Assembly (NCBI GenBank): GCA_963779615.1
Contig: CAVZZA010000004.1
Location: forward strand, 282,399-346,398
Length of the DNA stretch: 64,000 bases
Direction of reading: 5' to 3'
From: an uncultured Nitrososphaeraceae archaeon
GTDB lineage: Archaea > Thermoproteota > Nitrososphaeria > Nitrososphaerales > Nitrososphaeraceae
Positions 46,040 to 57,148 of the stretch are shown here, one piece after another. Each line of letters opens with the position of its first letter. Within the stretch, counting starts at the first letter, position 1. The position numbers were made by a program, and so were the translations under genes. A model generated the notes under the pieces. The model was not told the origin of the DNA and did no database searches. It was given only the letters and a program-made list of their open reading frames with translations.

Positions 46040-46216
46040 TTTCTAACTATGCAAGAGATCTTTTGATTAACTTTGCCAGCAAGTTTCACCCTTATTTTCT
46101 TGAATGTAGGAAAACGAAAATGGCCAGCTTTGCAATCTCCCTTGTTGCGTAACCTTTTTTCAGCAAGTCAATAACCAATTCTTCTTTGTCTTTTGCAGAT
46201 AATACCGTCAACAACC
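46040..46216 (-). pseudogene. N-terminal HTH fragment
   Basis: LSAKDKEELVIDLLKKGYATREIAKLA then frameshift/stop; abuts the truncation point of the transporter. Confidence 0.5.
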
Positions 46217-46543
46217 GATATTGATATTTAGTTGGTTTATCAAGGAATGAATATCGCTACCTCTGTTACTACACAACTTCAATTGCCACATATGTTGTCT
46301 TTGTGTGTTGTTTTTGATAGATAATAACATATCTTTGAGTTCTGTTCGATTAGAGATATGAAATTATAGACTTGTGTGGACAAATACAACAGGAGTTAAA
46401 ACTATCCTGGCATCTTCTACATGACCACAAAAAACCGTATTAAACCTTAATGGGTATGGAATAATCCTTGTGTTTTTTATCCATTAAAATTAAATAGACT
46501 TAATTAACGCTTTTAATCTCATTTGATAACTATATAAATCATA

Positions 46544-46975
46544 ATGAAAAAGATGACAGAGAGTGAAATACATAATTTTCTGACGAGAGGAACATTCACT
46601 GGCAAATTATCAACTATCAGAAAAGACGGGCGACCACACATTGCCCCTGTATGGTTTGTTTTGGAAGGCTACAACACCAATATTATTTTCACGACTTGGC
46701 ATGATTCAGTAAAAGGAAAAAACATCAGAAACAATCCAAAAGTGAGTCTGTGTGTGGATGATCAAACTCCGCCATTTTCTTTTGTAATTTTAGAGGGAAC
46801 TGCTGAAATAATTGATGAACCAAACGATCTTTTGCGATGGGCAACCAGAATCGCTGCAAGGTACATGGGAGAGAAAAATGCAGAAACATACGGTACAAGA
46901 AATAGTTCGAAAGGAGAATTGTTATTAAGAATTAGGCCCAATAAAATTATTGGTCAAAAAGACATTTCAGAATAA
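46544..46975 (+). CDS. PPOX-class F420-dependent oxidoreductase
   Basis: LSTIRKDGRPHIAPVWF, KGKNIRNNPKVSLCVDD, GELLLRIRP. Confidence 0.9.
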   Translation: MKKMTESEIHNFLTRGTFTGKLSTIRKDGRPHIAPVWFVLEGYNTNIIFTTWHDSVKGKNIRNNPKVSLCVDDQTPPFSFVILEGTAEIIDEPNDLLRWATRIAARYMGEKNAETYGTRNSSKGELLLRIRPNKIIGQKDISE

Positions 46976-47366
46976 CAAGACAAATCATCACAATTGTTAT
47001 CATAATCGTCAACAGTATTATCAATAAGTAAACAGTGTGCAGGACAAAATAACAAACAATTCACAATTACAAGATACTATAGCATTGAATTCAAATATTC
47101 AATAGAATAAAATATTCAATAGAATAAAAAGAGCATTTCATTCCCCTTTATTTTACATGTTGAAGGTCTTTTAAAATTAATTGCATTCTGAATTTATTTT
47201 TTTTCTTTCATTTTCTAATTCTTGTTTTGGCAGTTTTAGGAAATTTAATCGATACACAAACTTTATAGCCATTTTTCCTATAATTTAATTCCAACAGGGA
47301 GCCTAAAGTAGTTGCTCCTGATGACATAAATAAACTTATAATTTGTTTTTGAGAATACATTACTGT

Positions 47367-47777
47367 ATGACTTCAGAAAAACCCCTAAAAATATCCAAAG
47401 AGGAGCTAAAGCAAAAGCTTTCACCGGAGCAGTATGAGGTATGCGTAAACAAAGGCACCGAGATGGCCTTTACTGGCAAGTACAACGACTACAAAAAGCC
47501 GGGAGTGTACAAGTGCGTGGTCTGCGGGAACGATTTGTTTAGCTCTGAGACAAAGTTTGAATCTGGAACGGGATGGCCAAGTTTCTACGCTCCGCTAAGA
47601 AGGGAAAACATCAGGGAGGAGACAGATGACAGTTATTCTATGAGGCGTACTGAGGCTAACTGCAACAGGTGTGGCTCGCACCTTGGCCATGTGTTTGACG
47701 ATGGGCCAAAGCCCACAGGCCTGAGGTATTGCATCAATTCCGCCTCACTTGAGCACCATGCAATGGAAAACAAATAG
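47367..47777 (+). CDS. msrB: Peptide methionine-(R)-sulfoxide reductase
   Basis: [53 protein letters not shown]. Confidence 0.96.
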   Translation: MTSEKPLKISKEELKQKLSPEQYEVCVNKGTEMAFTGKYNDYKKPGVYKCVVCGNDLFSSETKFESGTGWPSFYAPLRRENIREETDDSYSMRRTEANCNRCGSHLGHVFDDGPKPTGLRYCINSASLEHHAMENK

Positions 47778-48299
47778 CTAGATTGGCAGGTTGCAATCAC
47801 TCATGGAAAAAGGGATATACTTTTGGATGCTATAGGATCCCTTATTTCATTAAATTGCATATGGCCATCATATCCCAAATGAGGAAAATTATTGGGTATT
47901 TCAATTAGCAAAACATTTGTATACTGAATCGACGGATTGAAAAGTACACCAGAACTCAACGATACCCCTCATAATTTGTTTTAATAACAAAAACATTAAA
48001 CAATCATACTGACTCTAAGGCATATTCTGTACCTACACAAGAAAGACTATATCAATACACAAATGAGATATTGCAAAACATGAGAGGCAGAGGCTAAAAA
48101 GAAAGAGAATAACGAAAGAGCCAAGGAATGAATTTTGTGTTTTTGAGGGAAATCTATGAATAAAGTCACCCAAAGTTATACCAATTTAATCCCACTATGC
48201 CAAATTTTCAATTCATCTCATTTATTAGTTGTTGTTTTATAAGAGTGCCGTCAAAAAGAAAGAATAAAATGATAAAAATATTTTTTTCCAGGTTTTTCA

Positions 48300-48494
48300 T
48301 TATGTCGTTTTTATTAGTTCTCTAAAATGGTCAATATTCCTTGAAATTTCTTCATTCCACGTTTCTTCCGTATAATCATGCACTTCAATACCATGGATTT
48401 TTGCATTCTCAAACAACTCTTCCTCAGTTTCGCCGTACATTGTATGTGTGCAGATTGGATCTCCTGCATCTTTGCAATTAAGACTCAGTGTCAT
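48300..48494 (-). CDS. DUF1059 small metal-binding protein
   Basis: LNCKDAG..C....GETEEEL....H...H pattern. Confidence 0.85.
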   Translation of the reverse strand: MTLSLNCKDAGDPICTHTMYGETEEELFENAKIHGIEVHDYTEETWNEEISRNIDHFRELIKTT

Positions 48495-49099
48495 ATCAAT
48501 ACAAGACAAGTGAACGAGATATTTAAGGAAATAATCAATACTACAAACTGATTAATTAATTCAATTTTGTATTGTTTTGATATGACTGTTGCCTTTCTCT
48601 ATAAAAAAAAATAATAGGTACCACCTGACTATTCGAAATAACAACAACATCAACGACAATGAGACATGTCAGTAAACCATACAATAAATAATATTTCCCC
48701 TATCATAAAAAATGATTTTTGTTAGTTATTCTCGCTGTTATTATTATGCCATTTATTTTTATTAGATGAGAACCGAGTAACACATGGTCAAATGTTCGTA
48801 CGCATAAGGTAAATGCTAATATCTTTTTAATTAGGGAGAGGGATCTTGTCATATGAGTTAGTAACATCTGTAATGCAAAACCAATTGTAAAAAAATTTTT
48901 TTAACCCCCCAAACCTATTTCTTGTTACCTTAACTACCACATTTTTGAAAACTATTGGAGGAAGACGTTTAAATAAAGATCATAACAAAAAATTATTTGA
49001 TTATATCCTAGCATTACTAAGTCAACAATAATTAAAATAGACCACCAAATTAGAATATCAATAAAACTAAAGTTCTGCTGCTACATAAGAATAACGTTA

Positions 49100-49486
49100 T
49101 TGAGCAGTAAATTTGCAATAAAAAAATCAAGCATCCCAGTCTTGGTCGTTTTGGCGTCTATCATAATAATAGGCATGATAGGAATTCCATTTGGTGATCC
49201 AAGGTTTATCATTTATGCTATATTGCTTGAAATATCGTATACATCATTAGCAGTTCTAATTGCGAAGGGATATAAAAAACCACTATATGTTTGCATATTG
49301 CTTGCAATAATCATAATTGTGGGAAATAGTTTTGTCAATGCCCATATTCATAGAATAATGAGTGTCTCAAAACCCCTTAATACCATTGTTTTGGTCATAG
49401 GGGGATACATATTACAAGGTCTATTAATATATACAAGTACAGTGGCCATAAGAATGGATAACAAAAAAAAATCAAACTCCCGATAG
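49100..49486 (+). CDS. Hypothetical membrane protein (about 4 TM)
   Basis: 128-aa hydrophobic ORF. Confidence 0.7.
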   Translation: MSSKFAIKKSSIPVLVVLASIIIIGMIGIPFGDPRFIIYAILLEISYTSLAVLIAKGYKKPLYVCILLAIIIIVGNSFVNAHIHRIMSVSKPLNTIVLVIGGYILQGLLIYTSTVAIRMDNKKKSNSR

Positions 49487-49961
49487 GCCAGATATTACAA
49501 TTAAAAATGTTAGAATAACAAAGGGTAATATCATATTATGGACCGGTCGCTAATTTTTAATATCGTAAATCTTAAGCATCCCATTAGAAACTTTTAATTC
49601 AATTACTGCGTGTTTTTCCATCCAGTTCAAATTTTGTTGGATGAACAGTTTTGATGGCACCTCTAAACAATTTGGTTAAATTGTATAAACAAGAATTCCA
49701 GACCTGAAAATTATTTGTAAAGTTAATTGATCTCTTGTTGAGGAAATACTCACCTATAATAGGATAATCGGTTTAAATATAAAAAATATTTTTTTCAAAC
49801 CTTAATTAAGCCAGATCTGGTTTAATCTAAATAACAAAAGTTTTCAATGGGTTCTTAAATTTCCAATTCACCAATCATAAAATGAAAATCCATCATATGG
49901 TGAAGAGCCCTTGCTGACAAATGAAGGTTTAAGTATTTTAGAGGATATAACTTCTGAAAAC

Positions 49962-50495
49962 ATGATCCAAATAAAGATTCTTTATATCATTTTGATTGCT
50001 TTAGGAATTCATTTATTTACCCATGGCAATATTGAAATTTCTTTTGGACAATATTCTCAATTAAATGCTAATGACACAAAATTACAAATCAATTCCTTAA
50101 ACCTCACAGAACCTATATACCAAGCCATCACTGGAGAGTTTCTGGCAACAAGGAATCTTTCATCCACCCCATTTCCAGTCACAGCAGAATCTTTCTTTGA
50201 AGAATCGGTTATGAGCAATGTGGGAAACGTGACCAACAATATGACGTTCATCAACACCTATCTACCTAATGGATTAATCCAAGCAAAAGGAAATGGAACG
50301 ATTGAAACCGAGAACGGTCAAACAATTGATTGGATATCTTCTGACGTAGGAATGATTAATAGCAAAGGTCCCTACTTTTATGGAATAATACTATTCAACA
50401 ATACTAATAGCGAAAAACTGTCATTTCTAAGCAATACTACAGGCTTTTACAAGGAATCCCCTGATATCAAAAGAACTATGTGGTTAATAAAATAA
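49962..50495 (+). CDS. Secreted hypothetical protein
   Basis: Signal-like MIQIKILYIILIALG, many N-x-T/S sequons, LSFLSNTTG motif. Confidence 0.7.
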   Translation: MIQIKILYIILIALGIHLFTHGNIEISFGQYSQLNANDTKLQINSLNLTEPIYQAITGEFLATRNLSSTPFPVTAESFFEESVMSNVGNVTNNMTFINTYLPNGLIQAKGNGTIETENGQTIDWISSDVGMINSKGPYFYGIILFNNTNSEKLSFLSNTTGFYKESPDIKRTMWLIK

Positions 50496-51028
50496 TTAAT
50501 CAATCTTTTATTTTATCAATGCTTGTTTCTATAAGTTGGATTTTGAACTAAAAGTAATAAAGCCAAAGATTATAAAAAGTTATTCGGTTTAAATTTTGGT
50601 CAGAAAAAATTTATCAACGTGAAAAGCATCAGAGCAATACAAAATTCTTTTGAATAATTTCAATTCCTTTTCGGTTGAATAAATTATAATATTTTTCCCA
50701 AAGGAAAGGTAAAGGAGAATGAATCAACGTCAAAACACAACAATGGGCCAGACCGCCTTCATATATTGCAATTTCCAGATTATAATCAAAAATAGAGAAT
50801 TGGAAGAGAAGTGTTGATGTTGCTCTGTAGGATTTTTTCCACAGCCTTCCAATCCTGATAAGATACCTTTACGATTAATTGGGTTTATTGTGTTTCTCAT
50901 TTAAGAAAACAATTTGTATTTGAGAAAAACAAACGATGAATAACAACAAACATCTGCAAATTTTGCGTATTTTTACCTAGAGTGCGCATATAAAGTAAAT
51001 TATATTCTTTACTGGCGTTAGTAGACTA

Positions 51029-51904
51029 ATGTCAGATCCAAAGCCACATAGACCATCACATGAAAAAATAATGCTAAGACTGAAGAACATACATAAAGAA
51101 TACAACAAAGACAATGGTAATGAAAGTTTATCAAATCATATTATTTTAAACAAACTAAACTTGGATATCAAAGAGGGAGAGTTTGTAACCATAGTCGGCC
51201 CATCTGGTTGCGGTAAAAGCACTTTACTTAATTTAGTAGCAGGCATGGATACACAATATACCGGCGAAATACTAATCAATGGAAAACCAATTCATGAGTC
51301 GCCTAACACTGACCGAGTGGTTGTCTTTCAGGAAGGTGCATTGTTTCCGTGGTTAACGGCTTATAAAAACATTGAATTTGGCTTGAAGATTGCAAAAGTA
51401 CCCAAAGCAAAAAGAAGAGAGTCTGTAATACGCCATATCGATATGGTTCAACTAACAAGTTTCGCTCATGCCTTTATACACCAGTTGTCAGGGGGCATGA
51501 AGCAAAGGGTAGCTATTGCCAGAGCATTAGCTTTAAACCCAAAGATATTACTGATGGATGAGCCATTTGCAGCACTTGATGTTCAAACAAGAAAAATGCT
51601 CTATAATCAATTGTTAACAATACATCAGGAAACCAACAAAACAATTCTATTTGTTACCCACAACATCAATGAAGCAGTAGCTTTAGGCGACAGGGTTATT
51701 GTAATGTCCCCCAAACTAGCAAACATAAAGAAAGAATTTACAGTAGACATACCAAGACCACGCAAAATAGATCATCCACTAATAGAGTCCATCACAAAAG
51801 AAATCGTAGCGGAATCGGAGGAGTTGTTTGTCTCCACCACTGCGCCTGAAAAGGATAACGCACTACAAGAACACAATTTTGTTACTCCAATGACATTACA
51901 CTAA
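51029..51904 (+). CDS. NitT/TauT-family ABC transporter ATP-binding protein
   Basis: GPSGCGKST, VFQEGALFPWLT, LSGGMKQR, LLMDEPFAALD, VTH. Confidence 0.95.
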   Translation: MSDPKPHRPSHEKIMLRLKNIHKEYNKDNGNESLSNHIILNKLNLDIKEGEFVTIVGPSGCGKSTLLNLVAGMDTQYTGEILINGKPIHESPNTDRVVVFQEGALFPWLTAYKNIEFGLKIAKVPKAKRRESVIRHIDMVQLTSFAHAFIHQLSGGMKQRVAIARALALNPKILLMDEPFAALDVQTRKMLYNQLLTIHQETNKTILFVTHNINEAVALGDRVIVMSPKLANIKKEFTVDIPRPRKIDHPLIESITKEIVAESEELFVSTTAPEKDNALQEHNFVTPMTLH

Positions 51905-51905
51905 A

Positions 51906-52724
51906 ATGTTAAAGACAGAGCAAAAAAAAGCAAAAAAAAGAGGAATAGATGTACAAAACCTGGCCGATACATCACTATTCCTTGCGGTGTTCATTGGCTT
52001 GTGGCAATTAGTATTTTACCTGCAGGTATTTCCAGTAGTATCACTGCCATCCCCTTTAATGGTTGGAGAATCATTTGTAGAACTCATCCAAAACATGACC
52101 TTGATCACAAGCATAGGCATGACAATGTATCGTCTTGCTGTCGGATTTGCCATTTCCATCGCTATCGGTCTTGGAGTTGGACTTGCCATGGTAAAGTTCG
52201 CAGGTTTTGGAAAAACTATGGGCTCATTCGCTGTAGGCTTGCAGACTTTTCCAAGTGTCGCATGGGTTCCGTTTGCAATCCTACTTATAGGTTTGAATGA
52301 TTTTGGAATATTGTTTGTTGTCGTTTTGAGTTCAACATTTTCAATAATGACGTCTATTTATGCGGGCCTTCGAAACATTCCACCTCTCTATATACGCGCT
52401 GCCAAAAATATGGGTGCAAAAGGACTTTCACTCTTTCGATATGTCATGATTCCGGCATCCACACCATCCATAATTGTGGGAATAAAGCAAGCATGGTCTT
52501 TTGCGTGGCATGCCCTAATTGGGGCAGAAATACTCATGGCTGCATCGATTGGTTTAGGACATGTTTTACTAGTGGGACGTGAGTTCCAGGTAATGCAACA
52601 GACAATTGCGGCTATGATTACCATATTTGTGATTGGATGGGTGTTTGATAGGGTATTCTTTTCAAAACTTGAGGACAAGGTTAGAGAAAAATGGGGTCTC
52701 AACCAAAACAATGAAAAAAATTAA
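51906..52724 (+). CDS. NitT/TauT-family ABC transporter permease
   Basis: LPSP, PSVAWVP, EAA-like YIRAAKNMGA, LIGAE, GLG. Confidence 0.93.
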   Translation: MLKTEQKKAKKRGIDVQNLADTSLFLAVFIGLWQLVFYLQVFPVVSLPSPLMVGESFVELIQNMTLITSIGMTMYRLAVGFAISIAIGLGVGLAMVKFAGFGKTMGSFAVGLQTFPSVAWVPFAILLIGLNDFGILFVVVLSSTFSIMTSIYAGLRNIPPLYIRAAKNMGAKGLSLFRYVMIPASTPSIIVGIKQAWSFAWHALIGAEILMAASIGLGHVLLVGREFQVMQQTIAAMITIFVIGWVFDRVFFSKLEDKVREKWGLNQNNEKN

Positions 52725-53250
52725 TAAATCCACCCTCAAAGCAAATTTATTTATCCTTGACTAAATTTTTTTGTGTAATTCCACCAAAAACAAATTCAAT
52801 GAAATTCAAAGACTAATGGTACTTTTAAAGAACAATCTCACACAAATAATAAATTGTGAACCCAACGTAATAATATTTTCTATTACTTATGTTTTCTCGT
52901 TACTAATTTTACATCGAAAAACGATTTAAGTTATTGGTGGGCCATTCAGGCTTTAGGAAATAAAATGTTATTTTAATCAATTTATAACTCCAAATAAATT
53001 ATAGGAAAATTTTTTTCTGAAAATTTGTACAAGTTTACTAATTAGATATCAAGGTTTTAAAATTTTACTATTACAAATAACTATAGTCATCAAGTTACCA
53101 AAGCGTTAGTAAACACTAACATCACTTGTTAAAAAAATCTTAAATTACAACATATACTGACAAACATTAGTTCATGGACCAAAACAGATATTTTTTGATG
53201 TCAAGGTTAAACCCTCTGTTCTACAATATATGGACGCCATCTCTTTAAGA

Positions 53251-53916
53251 GGCTCTGTTCACTTAATGGTATCAATCTCGCTATTATGGTAATCAACGAA
53301 AAACCGTAACCATCTCTTTACGTGCTTTAGCTTGCAGTTCTTTGTCCTGCAAGGGAAGTAGTCATCGAAGCTTTCGGTCCTGTCTTTTATGTGCTGCATA
53401 GTCCTTTCTATCAGGCTTTTCTCCAAAGAGGAATGGATATGATGATTTAGGTTGAGGAACTTGCAAGCCATTGGATACCAGGTTCCGCCATCTGTTGAGA
53501 CCGAATGCTTTCCGTGAACCTTAACTAGGCCTGACAGGAATTTTTCTGCAATGAGCATGTTCCTTTCCTTGGATATGTTTAGTGCGAGAATCTGCCTGTT
53601 TTTGGGTTCAATGGCTACCCACATCCATGCATAGCCGGAGCCTACTTTAATTACTGTTTCATCAACAATGAACCTGCCTGTTTTCTTCTTTTTGTTGGCA
53701 TTCTCTTGGGCTTATACTTTTGAATCCAGTTCCAAATCGAGACGTGGTTTCGCCTGATGAAACAGGACAGCCTTTCGGAAACTTTTCTTAAGGACAGTCC
53801 AGAGAAGTACAAATACAGACCATAGCCGATGTATTCTGTGGGTGTTCTGTTTCTGGTGGTCACAAAAGAAATGGGGCATCCTCAAGCTATAGGCTTGTCG
53901 TTAAGTGAACAGAGCC
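53251..53916 (-). mobile_element. IS6-family insertion sequence (666 bp); transposase 53259-53863 with one frameshift
   Basis: Perfect 16-bp TIR GGCTCTGTTCACTTAA / TTAAGTGAACAGAGCC; 8-bp TSD CTTTAAGA (53243-53250, 53917-53924); GLSLRKVS, HVSIWNWIQ, VDET, WVAIE, STDGG, IER motifs. Confidence 0.95.
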
Positions 53917-53989
53917 CTTTAAGATGGGATAACCTATATGTAGTGATAAATTGACAGTGTGTTGTGCTTCCCCTGTCCCCCAGCATTCT

Positions 53990-54845
53990 TCTACAGCGTT
54001 AAACTCAGGCAAGCCCACAGGAAAGTAATGCATTCTTATCGTTTCCAAATTCCTTTCCAAGTAATCCCTTACTGTCTGGGACCTGTGCTGGGTTGACCTA
54101 TCGGCAAATATGATGAATTTCTCAAACTTCTTTTTTGAATCCTCAAGGTATGCGATAAAGGAATGGCTGTCAAATCTCCGTACTGCCTGAACAGTTGTTT
54201 ACCGTCTGGAGACAGTACGCCAAAGGTGATGGTTTTGCTTTGAGATCCGGTAACAGTGACCATGGGCCTCCTGTCTTTTATAATCCATTTTCTTCATTTT
54301 GTTATGATTGATTTATGTGTGAAAATGGCTTCATCCCGCACAAGCACATTTCAGTCATTTTTAAGATGGGTTAATATTCCCTCTGTGCTTTTTTAAAGAT
54401 GTTTTTCTCTTTCCTGGAGGCTCCTATGACAAACCGTTTCTGCGCACCTTAGATTTAAAACCCCTTTGTGAAGCAGTCTGCAGATGTACTTCATGGTGCC
54501 TGACTCTGGTTCTCTTTTGGACGAGGTCCACTACCTGTCTAAAACCCCACTCTATGTTGCTATCGGATAGTTACTGCTTTATCTTGTCGATTTCTTCTTT
54601 TGGCATGGCTGAGGGTTTTCCATTTCTTTGCCTATCTCTTACCTTCCATCCCTTCGTCCCTACATCTTCTACCGTTTGTAGGCCTACGGTCTAGCCCTGT
54701 GTAGTTCCTTTGCCACCTATTCAGTGTGCTGTTTATCGGATGATACTCGAATTACAAGCGGCATTCTTTCCCTTACAAGAGCATCGCGTTCATTCCGTAT
54801 GCCTTGTCTAACACCGTGGAGTTCAATTAATATGATGAATCATGG
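53990..54845 (-). mobile_element. IS630-family transposase relic
   Basis: Fragments ALVRERMPLVIRV, VAKELHRA, DEAIF, VTVTGSQSKTITFGVLSPDGKQLFRQY; many stops; ends approximate. Confidence 0.8.
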
Positions 54846-55368
54846 CAAACGGTTAGCTAAAAAGTTATCCTGGAATTTATGTTGGTCAGCATACATATAG
54901 AAAAAATCACGCACATATATCAAATAATAAGCAATATGCTGAATATTTACCTATTTGTTTAAGTGTAATGAGCGGTTTATCCGAGATTTGCAAATTCGCT
55001 AAATCTCATTTAAACTAATAGGCATAAAAAGTGCATTTTGTGATAAAATAACCCATTCAAGATTAATTGTATTATCAAAGGTATAACCTTTTTTTATATA
55101 TTTTAAGTTAAGATTGTCGTTGTAGAGTTGATTTTCAAAAAGCACCAATGACAATAAAATAATACGACGATTTTTGCAATTATACATTACTGTATATTTA
55201 TGGTATTATATTTTTATGAGAACTAGAACAATGAATTCTTATGCCATTAAATAGTATAAACAGGGGAATACTTTGATTATTTGTGCTTAACAAATATGAA
55301 TTTAAATATTTAGTTTTCTTTATGCTGTGCCTGTTTCTGTAAATTAAAAAAGTAAAAAAATAAAATAG

Positions 55369-55737
55369 TTACCTCATCATGCTTCTGCATTCCTGTGCGC
55401 ATTTCCTGCACATGTCGGCGCACTGCTTGCACACTTCCATCTTGTCGCCCATCTTTTCGCACTCCATCGCGCATGCCTCGCACATGTCGGCGCACATGTT
55501 GCACACCTGCTTTGCGTACTCGCTTCCCCTGCACATCATCATGGATGCCATCCTGCACATGTCTGCGCAGTCCCTGCACATCATCATGCACCTTCCCATC
55601 ATTCCCGCCATCTGGGTGTTTGAGGTTGTCATGCATTCGGTGCAGCAGGCCTCACAGGCCATCATGCATTCGTTGCAGCTTTCGATGCAGCCAGAGTACT
55701 GCTGGTTTTTTAACATGGAAATAGTTGTATTGTTCAT
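55369..55737 (-). CDS. Cys/Met-rich four-helix bundle copper-binding protein (DUF326 / Csp3-like)
   Basis: Repeating CxxxC/CxxC helices (CRDCADMC, CADMCEACAMEC, CKQCADMCRKCAQEC); 22 Cys and 24 Met in 122 aa by my count; TATA-like TTTAAATA at 55760-55767 on the minus strand. Confidence 0.88.
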   Translation of the reverse strand: MNNTTISMLKNQQYSGCIESCNECMMACEACCTECMTTSNTQMAGMMGRCMMMCRDCADMCRMASMMMCRGSEYAKQVCNMCADMCEACAMECEKMGDKMEVCKQCADMCRKCAQECRSMMR

Positions 55738-55800
55738 TAGTTTTGTGTGCCCCGGAAGCTATTTAAATTTATCTAAAAAATATGAAAAAAATGTAAAATA

Positions 55801-55870
55801 TATGCGAAATTTGCATATATATGATATAAAATATATGCTACACAAATGAAATATATGCAAATTTCGCATA
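55801..55870. promoter_or_regulatory. Double semi-palindromic operator upstream of the Cys/Met-rich gene
   Basis: TATGCGAAATTTGCATATAT (55801-55820) and its exact reverse complement (55851-55870), 30-bp spacer; each arm is itself ATGC-N7-GCAT. Confidence 0.65.
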
Positions 55871-56445
55871 CACTTTAATGGCCCTAATCAATAGATTGAA
55901 AACAAGGGGAAAAGCGCAGTTTGGTTTTAGAAATGTTTCTCTCTTTTATGTTGTTTTTAAGATTCATGATAACAAAAACAATAGTTAAAGGAATTCTCTA
56001 AAGTTTAAAATCCGTCATTAAGTATAGACATGATTTAGATGCGCTGTCTACATCTAATTTAGCTCTAAAGTTCATCATAATATATAGTTATTGCAGTTTT
56101 TACTACTGGTGGAGTATACCGGCAAAGATTAGATTTTTTTCTTAATCTTTATATACGTGAAATTCTAAAAAATGAAATGAATATCGCTAGTGCTAAACAC
56201 ACTGATATCTGTGCCCTTGTCTTCATTGGAAAATCAGTATAAGATATTCCGTTTATCTTCACACAAAGATCAATTTTTGCGCATTTAAAATACCTTTTAT
56301 AAAAATCAGTACGTTACATATGTATGGGTTATTATCAATACAAAATAAAAAAAGAAATAAATCCTTACCTTGACTACCATCCTGAGGATTGTGTAAATAA
56401 AATAGAATTTGGCAAAACTAGATTGGAAGGTGTAGGATCAAAATA

Positions 56446-56697
56446 ATGAATATTGCCAAAACAGAACAACAAATCTTTATCGAGGCAAAGACAAGTGGCA
56501 ATTATGGGAAAAAGTGCATTTCATATCATGTCATAGAGTCTCCTCATAGTCTGTGCCTAAACAAGATAGAAATAATATCAGGACAAATACAAGCATGCGA
56601 AAGACTATTAAAATATGCAATGGATGAAACGGATTTGAGCACTATTGAAAAGGAGATTCTAGAGTTAAAATTTGCCCTAGATCTTATCAATTTTTAA
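56446..56697 (+). CDS. Hypothetical protein
   Basis: 83-aa ATG ORF with helical C-terminus QIQACERLL..IEKEILELKFALDL. Confidence 0.65.
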   Translation: MNIAKTEQQIFIEAKTSGNYGKKCISYHVIESPHSLCLNKIEIISGQIQACERLLKYAMDETDLSTIEKEILELKFALDLINF

Positions 56698-57148
56698 ATA
56701 GAGATTTTAATTACGCGACCAAAATTTAAAAACCTGTAAAATTATTGTTGACAAAAAAAATAACGATCAATATCCCAAATAATTAATTTTCTTGTACATA
56801 AGAACAAATAAGAAAACTATATTTGAGTACCACTTTAAGTACATGAATACCCAAATCAAGTCTTATCCTTAGTAAAGCACAATAGAATACTCATTGCTTG
56901 CAAAGTTACTCATCACAGCATTTATAACTATATTTTATTAATCCGTAGTTAAAATAACGAACCTTTATTGATGCCGCAAATCAATATATAATTATAAATA
57001 ATCGCTGAATTTCTGTTATTCATTCCAACTACCAAGATAGACGAATTGACAAGAATACGTTGAATATATTTAACTATGATTTGTACATCTAAAAGAAAAG
57101 ATATGCCTATCAAATTAATTTATCAATTAACCCCTCCTTTTTAGCTAC

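Larger units (their letters stand above)
55368..55929. repeat. Left arm of ~560-bp inverted duplication (partner 63407-63967)
   Basis: Gene plus ~190 bp upstream is the reverse complement of 63407-63967; upstream part nearly identical. Confidence 0.95.

Noticed and set aside
47093-47128. AAATATTCAATAGAATA tandem duplication and other microsatellites (41288, 62462)
   Set aside because: Simple slippage repeats with no evidence of function
55310-55849. Overlapping His/Arg-rich ORFs on other frames and strands (also 63559-63998)
   Set aside because: Shadows of the repetitive TGC/ATG-rich Csp-like gene
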